From: Gemmatimonadota bacterium | GTDB taxonomy: Bacteria; Gemmatimonadota; Gemmatimonadetes; Palauibacterales; Palauibacteraceae | Assembly: GCA_963666735.1 (NCBI GenBank) | Contig: OY762926.1 | Span: forward strand, 736,001 to 800,000 | DNA length: 64,000 bases | Direction: 5' to 3' | In this document: positions 1-8,793 of the stretch, piece by piece | Layout: the number at the start of each line of letters is the position of its first letter | Numbering within the stretch: position 1 is the stretch's first letter | The notes under the pieces: model-generated | What the model was told of the DNA's origin: nothing | Databases searched by the model: none | The model's input: only the letters and a program-made list of their open reading frames with translations | Made by a program: the position numbers and the translations under genes

Positions 1-242
1 CACGAGATGATCTCGCCATCGCGGTCACGGCTCGCGAGCGTGGCGAGTTCCTGGCCCGCGAGGAGGCATGTGAGTGGAAGGAGGTGTTCGTGCCAGCACG
101 CGTGAACCTCATGCTTCAGCAGGGGCCGGTACGGCCGGCGGGGGTCGTCGGGGTGCCGGAAGCGCCACGTCCGGCTGATGGGAAGCGCGGCGCGCACAAG
201 CCGGACCGCGAGATCCAACGGGATGCGCCGAGCGCTCAGCAC
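1..242 (-). CDS. DUF374 / lysophospholipid acyltransferase-like protein, N-terminal part (runs off window start)
   Basis: Not in the ORF track. Manual translation from GTG at 242, overlapping the lpxB stop: VLSARRIPLDLAVRLVRAALPISRTWRF...HACWHEHLLPLTCLLAGQELATLASRDRDGEIIS. The WH..LLP and S..RDGEII motifs are typical of DUF374 proteins found beside lipid A genes. Confidence 0.7.
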   Translation of the reverse strand, partial: MLSARRIPLDLAVRLVRAALPISRTWRFRHPDDPRRPYRPLLKHEVHACWHEHLLPLTCLLAGQELATLASRDRDGEIIS

Positions 243-1399
243 GGTGCGCCCGGGCCATCCGGGGACTCCAGGAGATCGATCGCGTGCCTCGCAACCCGGG
301 CCGCGCACCCGGGTTTCCCGAGCCGTTCGCGAACGACGCCGAAACCGCGAAGCATCTCGCGCCGCTCGGGCGCCTCTTCGCCGAGGAGCGCCTCGAGCGC
401 CTCCGCCGCGCGCGCCGCCGTCAGCCGATCCTGCAGGAACTCCGGAACTACCGGGGCCTCCGCAACGAGGTTGACGAGTACGATGGACGGCACCCGCACA
501 AGCCGGCGGCCGATAGCCCACTCCAGCCTGCCCATGCGGTAGCCCACCACCATCGGCACGCCCGCCAGCGCGAGTTCGAGCGTGATCGTGCCGGACTTCG
601 TGAGGGCGGCCCGGGACCGTTCCGTTACCTCGCGCGCGCCCGCGGTCGGGAATCCCGCCGCGGCGTAGAGCGATTCCGGCAGGTGAGAGGGGCGCGCGAC
701 GACGAAATCGAGATCCGGATGCCGCCGCGAGAGTCGCCGCGCGGCGTCGGCGAAGACCGGAAGCATGCACCGGACCTCCTGCGCCCGCGATCCGGGGAAG
801 AGTCCGATCACCCTCCTCGCACCGGATGTTCGGCGCTGCGCGGTCGCGCGAGCCCCCGCACCGTTTCCCGGAGGGCGCGGACCGTCAAGGAGCGGGTGCC
901 CGACGAACTCCGTCCGCACGCCGTACCGCTCGAGCAGCGGTGCCTCGAACGGGAGCACCGTGAGGACGCGGTCGCAGTCGCGCCGGAGCTTTTTCGCCCG
1001 GCGCTCCCGCCAGGCCCACACCTGCGGCGCGATGTAGTAGAGGACCCGGCGTCCCCCCCGCCGCGCGCTTCGAGCGAGCCGAAGGTTCAGCTCCGGGTAA
1101 TCGATCGGAAGGAACAGTCGCACCCCTTCCGTCAGGAAGAGGCGCCGGATCCTGCGCTCCAGTCGAAGGAAGCCCGGCAGACGGCGCAGCACCTCCGTCC
1201 CCCCCATCACCGACAACTCATCCAGCCCGGCGATCCTCGACACACCGGCCGCGTCCATCTCGGCGCCTCCGATCCCGAACAGCCTTGCCTCGGGCAGCTT
1301 CCGGCGGATCTCCCGCGCGACCGCCGCGCCGTGGTGGTCCCCGGAGGATTCGCCGGCGGAGATGAAGACCGCCGGCCGCCGGCGTGGATGTGGGGTCAG
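236..1399 (-). CDS. lpxB: Lipid-A-disaccharide synthase
   Basis: Motifs IDYPELN, YIAPQVWAWR, FVGHPL, FPGSR and SGTITLE. The frame is open upstream of the track ATG (1258) through VFISAGESSGDHHGA, the conserved LpxB N-terminus. The only plausible start is CTG at 1399, overlapping the previous TGA. Confidence 0.93.
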   Translation of the reverse strand: MTPHPRRRPAVFISAGESSGDHHGAAVAREIRRKLPEARLFGIGGAEMDAAGVSRIAGLDELSVMGGTEVLRRLPGFLRLERRIRRLFLTEGVRLFLPIDYPELNLRLARSARRGGRRVLYYIAPQVWAWRERRAKKLRRDCDRVLTVLPFEAPLLERYGVRTEFVGHPLLDGPRPPGNGAGARATAQRRTSGARRVIGLFPGSRAQEVRCMLPVFADAARRLSRRHPDLDFVVARPSHLPESLYAAAGFPTAGAREVTERSRAALTKSGTITLELALAGVPMVVGYRMGRLEWAIGRRLVRVPSIVLVNLVAEAPVVPEFLQDRLTAARAAEALEALLGEEAPERREMLRGFGVVRERLGKPGCAARVARHAIDLLESPDGPGAPC

Positions 1400-1530
1400 G
1401 ACACCCGGCCGAGGTAGGCCATCAGCATGAGGACGAGCGCCAGGAGAATGAGGAGGACCAGCGTCCGGGGTCCCCGCTTGACGGCGCCTCCGAGCTTCTT
1501 CCGCTCCTCACGAATCTTGAGCAACGACAT
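1396..1530 (-). CDS. 44-aa single-pass membrane protein (basic N-terminus + hydrophobic helix)
   Basis: ATG at 1530 with GAGGAG upstream. MSLLKIREERKKLGGAVKRGPRTLVLLILLALVLMLMAYLGRVS fills the gap between the oxidoreductase and lpxB and overlaps both. Confidence 0.65.
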   Translation of the reverse strand: MSLLKIREERKKLGGAVKRGPRTLVLLILLALVLMLMAYLGRVS

Positions 1531-2482
1531 GTACGAACTCCTCGATTTCGCGGGTGATCCGGATCGCGACCGCCAGCGCTTCCCTGCCCGCGCGACCCGA
1601 TACCAGGCAGCTCGGACGTCCTGCGATCGCGTCGGCGAAGGCCTCGAGCTCCCGGGCGAGCGCCTCTCCGCCGCGGGCCTCCAGCGGCACATGCTCCAAC
1701 ATCGCCTCCACTCCCGTGATTTCGGTCGCGGTCTGAGGATCGCGCCGCCTGTAATGATGTCCCGTTCCGGCCGCCAGATCCAAGCTGAAGTACCCGGAGC
1801 GCTGGAACAACCGCAGCTTTCGCAGGGCCTTCAGCGCCACCCGGCTCGCGGTGATGTTCGCCACCGTGCCGTCCTCGAACGAGAGGCGTGCGCTAGCGAG
1901 GTCGATCCGGGGCGAAATGACGGGCACGCCCACCGCGCGCACGTCCGCCAGCGGCGCCTCCGTCAACGTGAGGACGAGGTCGATGTCGTGGATCATGAGA
2001 TCCAGGATCACGGTGGTGTCAGCCCCGCGGGGCTGAAACGGCGCCATGCGCAGCGATTCGATGAAGCGCGGCCGGTCCAGCCACGGGTCCGCGGCGAGGA
2101 GGATGCCGTTGAAGCGCTCGACGTGACCGACTCCGAGAACGACGTCCTTCTCCTCCGCGAGCGCGAGGATCTCATCCGCCTCGGCGATGCTCGCGGCCAG
2201 CGGTTTCTCGACCAGTGCGTGGCACCCCGCCCGGATCGCTGCGGTCGCAACCTTATGGTGCGCGGGAGTGGGCACCGCGATGACGACGGCGTCGACCCGG
2301 TCGAGGAGCGTCTCCACCTCCGGGAAGGCCGGCACGGACCAGGTGTGCGCGGTCGTCTCCGCCCGCGCTGCCGACCGGTCGTGGACCCCCTCCAACTCGA
2401 AGGCGTCGCTCTGCGCGAGGAGCCGGGCGTGCTCGGCGCCCAGCTTCCCGACCCCGACGACGCCGGCCGGGATCCGGCTCAC
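1508..2482 (-). CDS. Gfo/Idh/MocA oxidoreductase, probable GnnA-like UDP-GlcNAc 3-dehydrogenase
   Basis: Rossmann motif GVVGVGKLG, plus VEKP, GHVERFN and DLMIHDIDL. It lies between lpxA and lpxB, as gnnA does. Confidence 0.8.
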   Translation of the reverse strand: MSRIPAGVVGVGKLGAEHARLLAQSDAFELEGVHDRSAARAETTAHTWSVPAFPEVETLLDRVDAVVIAVPTPAHHKVATAAIRAGCHALVEKPLAASIAEADEILALAEEKDVVLGVGHVERFNGILLAADPWLDRPRFIESLRMAPFQPRGADTTVILDLMIHDIDLVLTLTEAPLADVRAVGVPVISPRIDLASARLSFEDGTVANITASRVALKALRKLRLFQRSGYFSLDLAAGTGHHYRRRDPQTATEITGVEAMLEHVPLEARGGEALARELEAFADAIAGRPSCLVSGRAGREALAVAIRITREIEEFVHVVAQDS

Positions 2483-3333
2483 ACGGCGGACCGGGACTTC
2501 GTCTCGCGCGGCTCCGGCGGGAGGTCATCGTCCGGTCCGACGCGGGTCGCGGTCACGCCGCGCTCGGAATCCCGGATGAACTTCACGAGTTCCCGCACTT
2601 CGGGCGTCATCTCTCCACGCCGGACGCGATCGAGACTCGTGCGGAGCGGGTCCCCGGACCGGAAGATCGTCCGGTATGCGGCCTGCAGCGCGCGGATCGC
2701 CTCCGGCTCGAATCCCCGGCGTTCGAGGCCGATACGGTTGACGCCGTACGTGCGGGTCCGACTCCCCCCGGCGAGCGTGTACGGCGCAACGTCGCGCGAG
2801 ACGCGGGCGCCTCCTCCGACCATCGCATGGCGGCCGATCCGCGTGAACTGGTGGATGCCCGCCAGACCTCCCACGATCCCCCAATCTCCGATCTCGACGT
2901 GACCTCCCATGGTCACGCCATTGGCGAGGACGACATGATCCCCGATGAGGCAGTCATGGGCGATGTGCACGTAGGCCATCACGAGTGTGTCCGCCCCCAC
3001 CGAAGTCAGGCCGCTCGCGGCCGTCCCCCGGTTCAGCGTCGTGAACTCGCGCACAACGGTGCGGGGGCCGACTTCCAGGAAGGTGCGTTCCCCCGCGTAT
3101 TTCAGGTCCTGCGGGTCGGAACCCAGGACGGCCCCCTTCGCGATGCGCACATCCTCGGCCACGCGCGTGTCCCGCTCGATGAGCACGTGCGGGCCGATCC
3201 GTACGCGTTCGCCGACCTCCACGCCGGGGCCGATCACGGTGTACGCGCCCACGGTGGCGCTGGCAGCGATCCTCGCCGACGCATCGACGACCGCCGTCGC
3301 ATGCCGCCCCGGAGCGTAGCCCGCCGACGTCAC
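2479..3333 (-). CDS. lpxA: Acyl-ACP--UDP-N-acetylglucosamine O-acyltransferase
   Basis: Hexapeptide repeats; PQDLKY, HIAHDC, GHVEIGD, IHQFTRIG and GVNRIGLERRGF. Confidence 0.96.
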   Translation of the reverse strand: MTSAGYAPGRHATAVVDASARIAASATVGAYTVIGPGVEVGERVRIGPHVLIERDTRVAEDVRIAKGAVLGSDPQDLKYAGERTFLEVGPRTVVREFTTLNRGTAASGLTSVGADTLVMAYVHIAHDCLIGDHVVLANGVTMGGHVEIGDWGIVGGLAGIHQFTRIGRHAMVGGGARVSRDVAPYTLAGGSRTRTYGVNRIGLERRGFEPEAIRALQAAYRTIFRSGDPLRTSLDRVRRGEMTPEVRELVKFIRDSERGVTATRVGPDDDLPPEPRETKSRSAV

Positions 3334-3758
3334 CGGTCCATGACCTGTCCCAGAATCGTGGCCTCCGCCGCCACCCTGCCGTCGACCCGGGCCACCCCCT
3401 TCAGTTTTCCGCGCTTGCCCCGCCCCTGAACCAGGTCGAGCTCGAGGATCAACTGGTCGCCGGGGATGACGGGCCGCCGGAATTTCACACCGTCCACCGA
3501 CAGGAAGTAGATGACCTTGTCCTCGGGGTCTTCAAGGCCGCCCATCAGCAGGAGTCCCCCGCACTGGGCCAGCGCCTCGATGATGAGCACGCCGGGCATC
3601 ACGGGACGGCCGGGGAAATGCCCGGCGAAGAACGGTTCGTTCGCGCTCACGTTCTTCAGGCCGACGATCCGCTGCCCCGGCTCGATCTCCAGCACGCGAT
3701 CCACCAGGAGCATCGGATACCGGTGCGGGAGGATGTTCAGTATTTCGGTGACGTCCAT
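3330..3758 (-). CDS. fabZ: 3-hydroxyacyl-ACP dehydratase
   Basis: LPHRYPMLLVDRV and FAGHFPGRPVMPGVLIIEALAQ. Start re-called to ATG 3758 (GTG 3761 is possible), overlapping the lpxC stop. Confidence 0.96.
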   Translation of the reverse strand: MDVTEILNILPHRYPMLLVDRVLEIEPGQRIVGLKNVSANEPFFAGHFPGRPVMPGVLIIEALAQCGGLLLMGGLEDPEDKVIYFLSVDGVKFRRPVIPGDQLILELDLVQGRGKRGKLKGVARVDGRVAAEATILGQVMDR

Positions 3759-4639
3759 CACCCTTCCTCGTTCATCCCGTTCTCGCGCAAGCCGGCTCCC
3801 CGTGTCGTACCGCACGACACCAGCCGGCGGGCGAGTTCCAGATTGCCGTGATGTCCCGGCCGTTCCGCGACCACATGACATTGCAGCCTCGCGCCCACGA
3901 GGGCGAGGTCGCCGACGATGTCGAGAATCTTGTGGCGCACGAACTCATCCGGGAAACGGAGGCTCTGCCCGGCTTCAAGCCCATCTGCGGAGAGGACGAG
4001 CGTGTTCTCCGGCGTCGCGCCGAGGGCGAGTCCCCGCTCGCGTAGCGCCTCCCTCCATGTGGCCAGGCCGAAGGTGCGGGCCGGCGCGATCTCCCGCAGG
4101 AACGGCACAGGCTCCAGCCGCGCGCTCGCGGACTGCCGCCCGATGAGAGGGTGCTCGAAGTCGATCGTCGCCGAGATCCGGGCGGTCGCCGCCGGGAGGA
4201 CATCGTACCGGGTCCCCCCGACCTCCAGGTGGAGCGGGCGGTCGATCCGGAGGCTCGGCGCCTCCGCTGCCTGCGCGACCGGTCCGGCGTCCAGCAGTCG
4301 GTCGCACCACATGGCGGCGCTCCCGTCGAGAGCGGGAAGTTCGGGCCCGGAGACGTCGATCCGGAGGTTGTCGAGCGTCAGCCCGTGCGCCGCGGCGAGC
4401 ATGTGTTCGGTGGTGCGAACCACGGCTTCGCCGCTTCGGAGGGCGGTTTCGCGGTGGGCGGAGTGAACGGACTCCACCGTGGCGGGGATCTCGGGCGCAC
4501 CGGGAAGATCGGTGCGGCGGAAGCGCAGACCGCCGTGCTCGGGTGCGGGGCGGAGCCTGACGACGGCAAGCTCGCCCGTGTGTATGCCGTACCCGCGGAC
4601 CTCCACGGCCCGCGCGATCGTGCGCTGTTTCGCCGTCAA
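3758..4639 (-). CDS. lpxC: UDP-3-O-acyl-GlcNAc deacetylase
   Basis: KQRTI, GIHTG, TEHMLAA, IAPARTF, RHKILDIVGDL (HKxxD zinc motif) and GHxxN. Confidence 0.95.
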   Translation of the reverse strand: MTAKQRTIARAVEVRGYGIHTGELAVVRLRPAPEHGGLRFRRTDLPGAPEIPATVESVHSAHRETALRSGEAVVRTTEHMLAAAHGLTLDNLRIDVSGPELPALDGSAAMWCDRLLDAGPVAQAAEAPSLRIDRPLHLEVGGTRYDVLPAATARISATIDFEHPLIGRQSASARLEPVPFLREIAPARTFGLATWREALRERGLALGATPENTLVLSADGLEAGQSLRFPDEFVRHKILDIVGDLALVGARLQCHVVAERPGHHGNLELARRLVSCGTTRGAGLRENGMNEEG

Positions 4640-5706
4640 GCGCTTCCGTCGTCCGACCCGCGCACCGGGCCTGGCCGCTCGCCCTCACGGGCGCCCGGCC
4701 GCCGCTCGAGCCTCGCGACGCGATGAAACAGGTCCGGCAGCCGGCTCAGGAGAGCGGCCTCCTTCAGCCAGGACCGCTGAGGGCGCGCCGGCGTCCCTCC
4801 CAGCTCCGCTCCCGGGGGCACATCCCGAACCACGCCCGTCTGCCCCGCGATGCGCGCCCCGGCGCCGATCGTCAGGTGGCCGGCCACGCCGGCCTGGCCG
4901 CCGAACTGCGTGCCGCCGCCGATGTCGCAGCTCCCCGCGATGCCCACGTGCGCGGCGATAAGGCAGTCACTCCCGATCCGCACGTTGTGTCCCACGTGCA
5001 CGAGGTTGTCGAGCTTGGTCCGGTCCCCGATCCGCGTGTCATCGAGCGCGCCCCGGTCGATCGTGCAGTTCGCTCCGATCTCGACGTCCGCTCCGATCAG
5101 GCAGCCGCCGATCTGCGGCACTTTGTACGCCCCGTCCGGCCCCGGCACGTACCCGAAACCATCCGTCCCGATGCGCGCGCCGGCGTGCACGCGCACCCGG
5201 TCGCCCAGCTCGACGTCGTGGAGGATGGAGACGGCGTGGCCGAGCCGGCAGTCGACGCCGAGCCGGGCTCCGCGGCCGATGAGTGTCCCCGGTCCCACCC
5301 ACGTTCCACGCCCGATCCGGGCTCCGTCTTCCACCACCACGCCCGGACCCAGCGACACCGCATCGTCGATCCGCGCCCCCTCGCCGATCCGGACGGACGG
5401 ATGGATCCCCGGCGGCGGCTCCGGCTCCGGATGGAACAGCCGCACGATCCTGGCGAAGGAGAGATGAGGGTCATCGACCTTGAGGACGGTGAACCGGACG
5501 CCGCGCGTTTCGAAGCCCCGCGGGGCCAACACCGCCCCCGCCCGGGTCCCGTGGACGGCCTCACGCAGCGCTGCGCGGGCGAAGAATGCAAGGTCTCCCG
5601 GTCCGGCAACGTCGAGCGAGGCGACGCCGCTCAATCGACGGTCGGGATCACCCAGCACATCCGCGCCCACGCGGCGGGCGAGATCGGAGACCGTGTACGC
5701 CGGCAT
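4636..5706 (-). CDS. lpxD: UDP-3-O-(3-hydroxyacyl)glucosamine N-acyltransferase
   Basis: Hexapeptide repeats; IGTDGFGY, KVPQIG, EIGANCTIDRG and KLDNLVHVGHNV. Confidence 0.95.
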   Translation of the reverse strand: MPAYTVSDLARRVGADVLGDPDRRLSGVASLDVAGPGDLAFFARAALREAVHGTRAGAVLAPRGFETRGVRFTVLKVDDPHLSFARIVRLFHPEPEPPPGIHPSVRIGEGARIDDAVSLGPGVVVEDGARIGRGTWVGPGTLIGRGARLGVDCRLGHAVSILHDVELGDRVRVHAGARIGTDGFGYVPGPDGAYKVPQIGGCLIGADVEIGANCTIDRGALDDTRIGDRTKLDNLVHVGHNVRIGSDCLIAAHVGIAGSCDIGGGTQFGGQAGVAGHLTIGAGARIAGQTGVVRDVPPGAELGGTPARPQRSWLKEAALLSRLPDLFHRVARLERRPGAREGERPGPVRGSDDGSA

Positions 5707-5736
5707 TCGCGAAACGGGGCCGGACTCGCCCCGACA

Positions 5737-6345
5737 CTAGCCGCCGGGCTGGGCCGAGATGGCGGCGAGGTCCACCCCGAGACGCTCGAGGACCGCCGTC
5801 GTGATGTCGAGCGACGTGTCCGCCGCCACCACGCCCGCGGCGATGTCGAGCACGATCGAGTAGCTGCGTTCCGCGCGGATCTCCTCGATAATCTCGTTCA
5901 CCCGCACCACGATCGGTTCGAGCAGTTCCGCACGACGCCGATCCAGTTCGACGTTCAGTTCCTGCTGTCTCGCCGCCGCCTGCTGCTGCTTGTCGCGGAT
6001 CTCCCCCTCTTTCTGCTGGCGACCCGCCGGGTCGAGCAGCGACTGCTGCTGCTGATATGCCGCGATGAGGGAGTCGATCTCCATCGCGAAAGCCTCGAGT
6101 TCGCCCTCGAACTCGACGGAAAGACGCTGAAACGCGGCGCCGGCCGAATCCGCGCCGGGCGCGACGGGGAGGATGGCCTGCGTGTTCACGTAGACGATCG
6201 GCGTCCCCTCGGGGGGCAGCGGGACGGCCTCCATCGCCGGCGGCGCCCCCGGCTGTTCCTGGCCGGCCAGAGGACCCGCGATGAGTGCGCCGAGCGCCAG
6301 CGCGCCCATCACCGCCGGCCCCGCGCCCCTGTGAATCCAGTTCAT
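5737..6345 (-). CDS. skp: OmpH/Skp periplasmic chaperone
   Basis: Signal peptide, IVYVN start, Q/E-rich coiled coil and DIT..VL end; located between bamA and lpxD. Confidence 0.88.
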   Translation of the reverse strand: MNWIHRGAGPAVMGALALGALIAGPLAGQEQPGAPPAMEAVPLPPEGTPIVYVNTQAILPVAPGADSAGAAFQRLSVEFEGELEAFAMEIDSLIAAYQQQQSLLDPAGRQQKEGEIRDKQQQAAARQQELNVELDRRRAELLEPIVVRVNEIIEEIRAERSYSIVLDIAAGVVAADTSLDITTAVLERLGVDLAAISAQPGG

Positions 6346-6363
6346 GTCGGTATCCCTCTCGGT

Positions 6364-8793
6364 TCAGAACACTCGTCCGAACTTGAAGTGCAGTTGCCAA
6401 CCCGGATCCGGCCGGCCCAGGACATCGCGCCGGTCAAACCCGTATGCGTAGTCGAGACCCAGGGGACCGAAGGGCGTCACGAGACTCGCGCCGATCCCGG
6501 CCCCCACCAGCAGGTCCGTCGGATTGAGCTGGCTGCTGTCCAGCCAGACGTTCCCGGCGTCCATGAAAGCACTCATGAAGATGCTGCTCGTGAGCTTGAT
6601 CCCGAAAGTCACGCCGGTCCGGAAGAACGATTCTCCCACGCGATCGAGGTCGCTGAAGGGGGCGTCGTTCGGGATGTGCCCCGATGGGGTCACCGAGGCC
6701 TCGTCATACCCTCGTAACTGGATCCCCGCCTGCGTGCCCCCCGCGTAGTAGCGTTCCGTGAAAAACGGATTCCGGCCCATGATGAGCCCCGCCTCGAAGC
6801 TGAGGCCGAAGGTGAGCTCTATGGGCGGGCTCGTGCTCCCGGGGCCTCCGCCCAGACGGCCCACCGGCACGAACCACTCGCTCGTCAGGTCTAGTTTCCG
6901 GTAGTTCCCGTCCCCTCCCAGAAAGCCGCCCGTCTGCCGGAGCGCGAGCTGGTTCCGGGCGCCGCTCGTCGCGAACAGGGGATTGTTCCGGCTGTCCTGG
7001 ACCAGTCGCCAGGAAAGCGCGGACCGCAAACCGGAGAAGAGCGAGAACCGCCGCCCGATCACGTTCGTGGTGTCCAGCCCCCGCACGTCGTCGTCGAAGA
7101 GGGAGTATCCCACGAAGACGCGCGTGTTTCGTATCCCGAAGATGGGGATGCCGACTTCGGTCAGCCCGCCCGTCTGGCGGCGGTCCCCGAGGCTGAAGCC
7201 GGTGAACTGGTCGCGCGAACTCCGGAGCGTGACATTTGCGGAATAGTGGCTTCCGAGGAGTTCCGGATCGGAGTAGCTGATGTCGAGGTCCCGCTGCCGG
7301 CGGCCGAAGATCCAGCGGAAGCTTCCCGTCTTCGCGAGTCCGAACAGGTTCGGCTGCGAATAGCCGATGAACCCCGCAAGTCCGGTGAAACCGGAGGCCG
7401 TGATCCCGAAGTTCAGCGTGCCCGTCTGCTTCTCCTGCACGCGCAGCGAGATGTCGATGTCCCCGTCCGCGCGCGGGCGGATGTTGATCGCCTCGTCCGG
7501 AGGCAGGGGCTCGAAGAAGTTCAGCCCCTGGATGTTCTGGAACGACTGGATCAGACGTTCCTGCGAATAAACGTCCCCGGGGAAGATGAGCAGGCGGTTC
7601 CGGATCACGCGGTCGTGCGTGGCCGTGTTCCCCTCGATCGCGATCTCCCGGACATAGCTCCGCGCGCCTTCCTCGATGATGAGATGGGCGGTGACGCGGG
7701 GCGGCTCGCCTTCGGGGACATTCACGCGCCGCACGTCCGGCGTGACGCGCGAGGCGAGGTACCCGTTGTTCCGGTAAAGGTCTCCGAGGTCCGCCGGCGA
7801 AGCGTAGAAGGCGGTGAAGTTGAAGGGAGGATACGCCTCGTCACTCTCGGCCTCGTGCTGTCCGCGGCGCACGATCGGTTCGATCGTCGCGAGCGGGAAA
7901 GCGCGGTTCCCGGTGATCCTCAGGTCTTCGAGCAGATACCGGGCCCCCTCCTCGACGCGGATCTCGATCCGGCCCTTTCCGGTGACGCGGTCCGATATGA
8001 CCGAGTCGCCGAGAACTTCGAAGTCCAGGTAGCCGTTCGAGCGGTAGAACTCAGGGAGCCGCTCCGTCAGGTCGCGCCGGAATTCGTCCCGCTTGAGTTC
8101 GCCCGAATCGAACCAGAAGAACCCCTCCTCATCGGTGGCCATCGCCGCCCGGAGTTCCGCGTCCGTGAAGGCTTCGTTCCCCTCGAATGTGATCGCAGTC
8201 ACCCCGAGCCGCGGCCCTTCGTCTACGTCGAAAACGACGAGCAGGTCGGGGGGGAACGCCGGGTCCGGGCGGATGAGCGTATCCACGCTCGCCGTCGGAA
8301 ACCCTTCGTTCGACAACAGTTCGAGGATCGTGGCGCGCGCGCGCCCGATCCGGCTGGGGTCGAGCGGACTGTTGCTCGCGAGGCCGATGGTGTCGCGGAT
8401 GACATCTTCGTCCACCCGTTCCAGTCCCCTGAACGCGTACTGCGTGATGTAGGGTCGTTCCTCCACGCGGATGTAGAACACGCCGCGCTCGGGATCGTCC
8501 GACTCCGCCACCCCGATCTCGACGTCGGAGAAATCCCCGGTGCTGAAGAGGCGTCGGATCGCGTCCTGGATCTGGGGCTGGCGCACGACGTTGCCCGCGC
8601 GGAGGCCGCTCCGCGTGATGATGAGGTTCTCGGAGTGGCGCTGGTTCCCCACGACCACGACCGAATCGACGCGCACGGAGGACTGGTCGAGCTGGATCTG
8701 CGCCGCTGCCGGGTCCACCGCGGCGAGCCCGAGGATCAGGCCCGTCAGCACCAGTCCGCCCGCCCCGCCGGCGAGCGGCCGCCGGCGGTTCAC
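6364..8793 (-). CDS. bamA: Outer membrane protein assembly factor BamA
   Basis: Signal peptide, POTRA repeats (GN motifs), [17 protein letters not shown] and C-terminal Phe. Confidence 0.95.
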   Translation of the reverse strand: MNRRRPLAGGAGGLVLTGLILGLAAVDPAAAQIQLDQSSVRVDSVVVVGNQRHSENLIITRSGLRAGNVVRQPQIQDAIRRLFSTGDFSDVEIGVAESDDPERGVFYIRVEERPYITQYAFRGLERVDEDVIRDTIGLASNSPLDPSRIGRARATILELLSNEGFPTASVDTLIRPDPAFPPDLLVVFDVDEGPRLGVTAITFEGNEAFTDAELRAAMATDEEGFFWFDSGELKRDEFRRDLTERLPEFYRSNGYLDFEVLGDSVISDRVTGKGRIEIRVEEGARYLLEDLRITGNRAFPLATIEPIVRRGQHEAESDEAYPPFNFTAFYASPADLGDLYRNNGYLASRVTPDVRRVNVPEGEPPRVTAHLIIEEGARSYVREIAIEGNTATHDRVIRNRLLIFPGDVYSQERLIQSFQNIQGLNFFEPLPPDEAINIRPRADGDIDISLRVQEKQTGTLNFGITASGFTGLAGFIGYSQPNLFGLAKTGSFRWIFGRRQRDLDISYSDPELLGSHYSANVTLRSSRDQFTGFSLGDRRQTGGLTEVGIPIFGIRNTRVFVGYSLFDDDVRGLDTTNVIGRRFSLFSGLRSALSWRLVQDSRNNPLFATSGARNQLALRQTGGFLGGDGNYRKLDLTSEWFVPVGRLGGGPGSTSPPIELTFGLSFEAGLIMGRNPFFTERYYAGGTQAGIQLRGYDEASVTPSGHIPNDAPFSDLDRVGESFFRTGVTFGIKLTSSIFMSAFMDAGNVWLDSSQLNPTDLLVGAGIGASLVTPFGPLGLDYAYGFDRRDVLGRPDPGWQLHFKFGRVF

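Noticed and set aside
3330..4639. Broken lpxC-fabZ fusion
   Set aside because: Both genes are complete, with a normal stop/start overlap and a GAGGAAGG RBS before fabZ. Separate genes are common.
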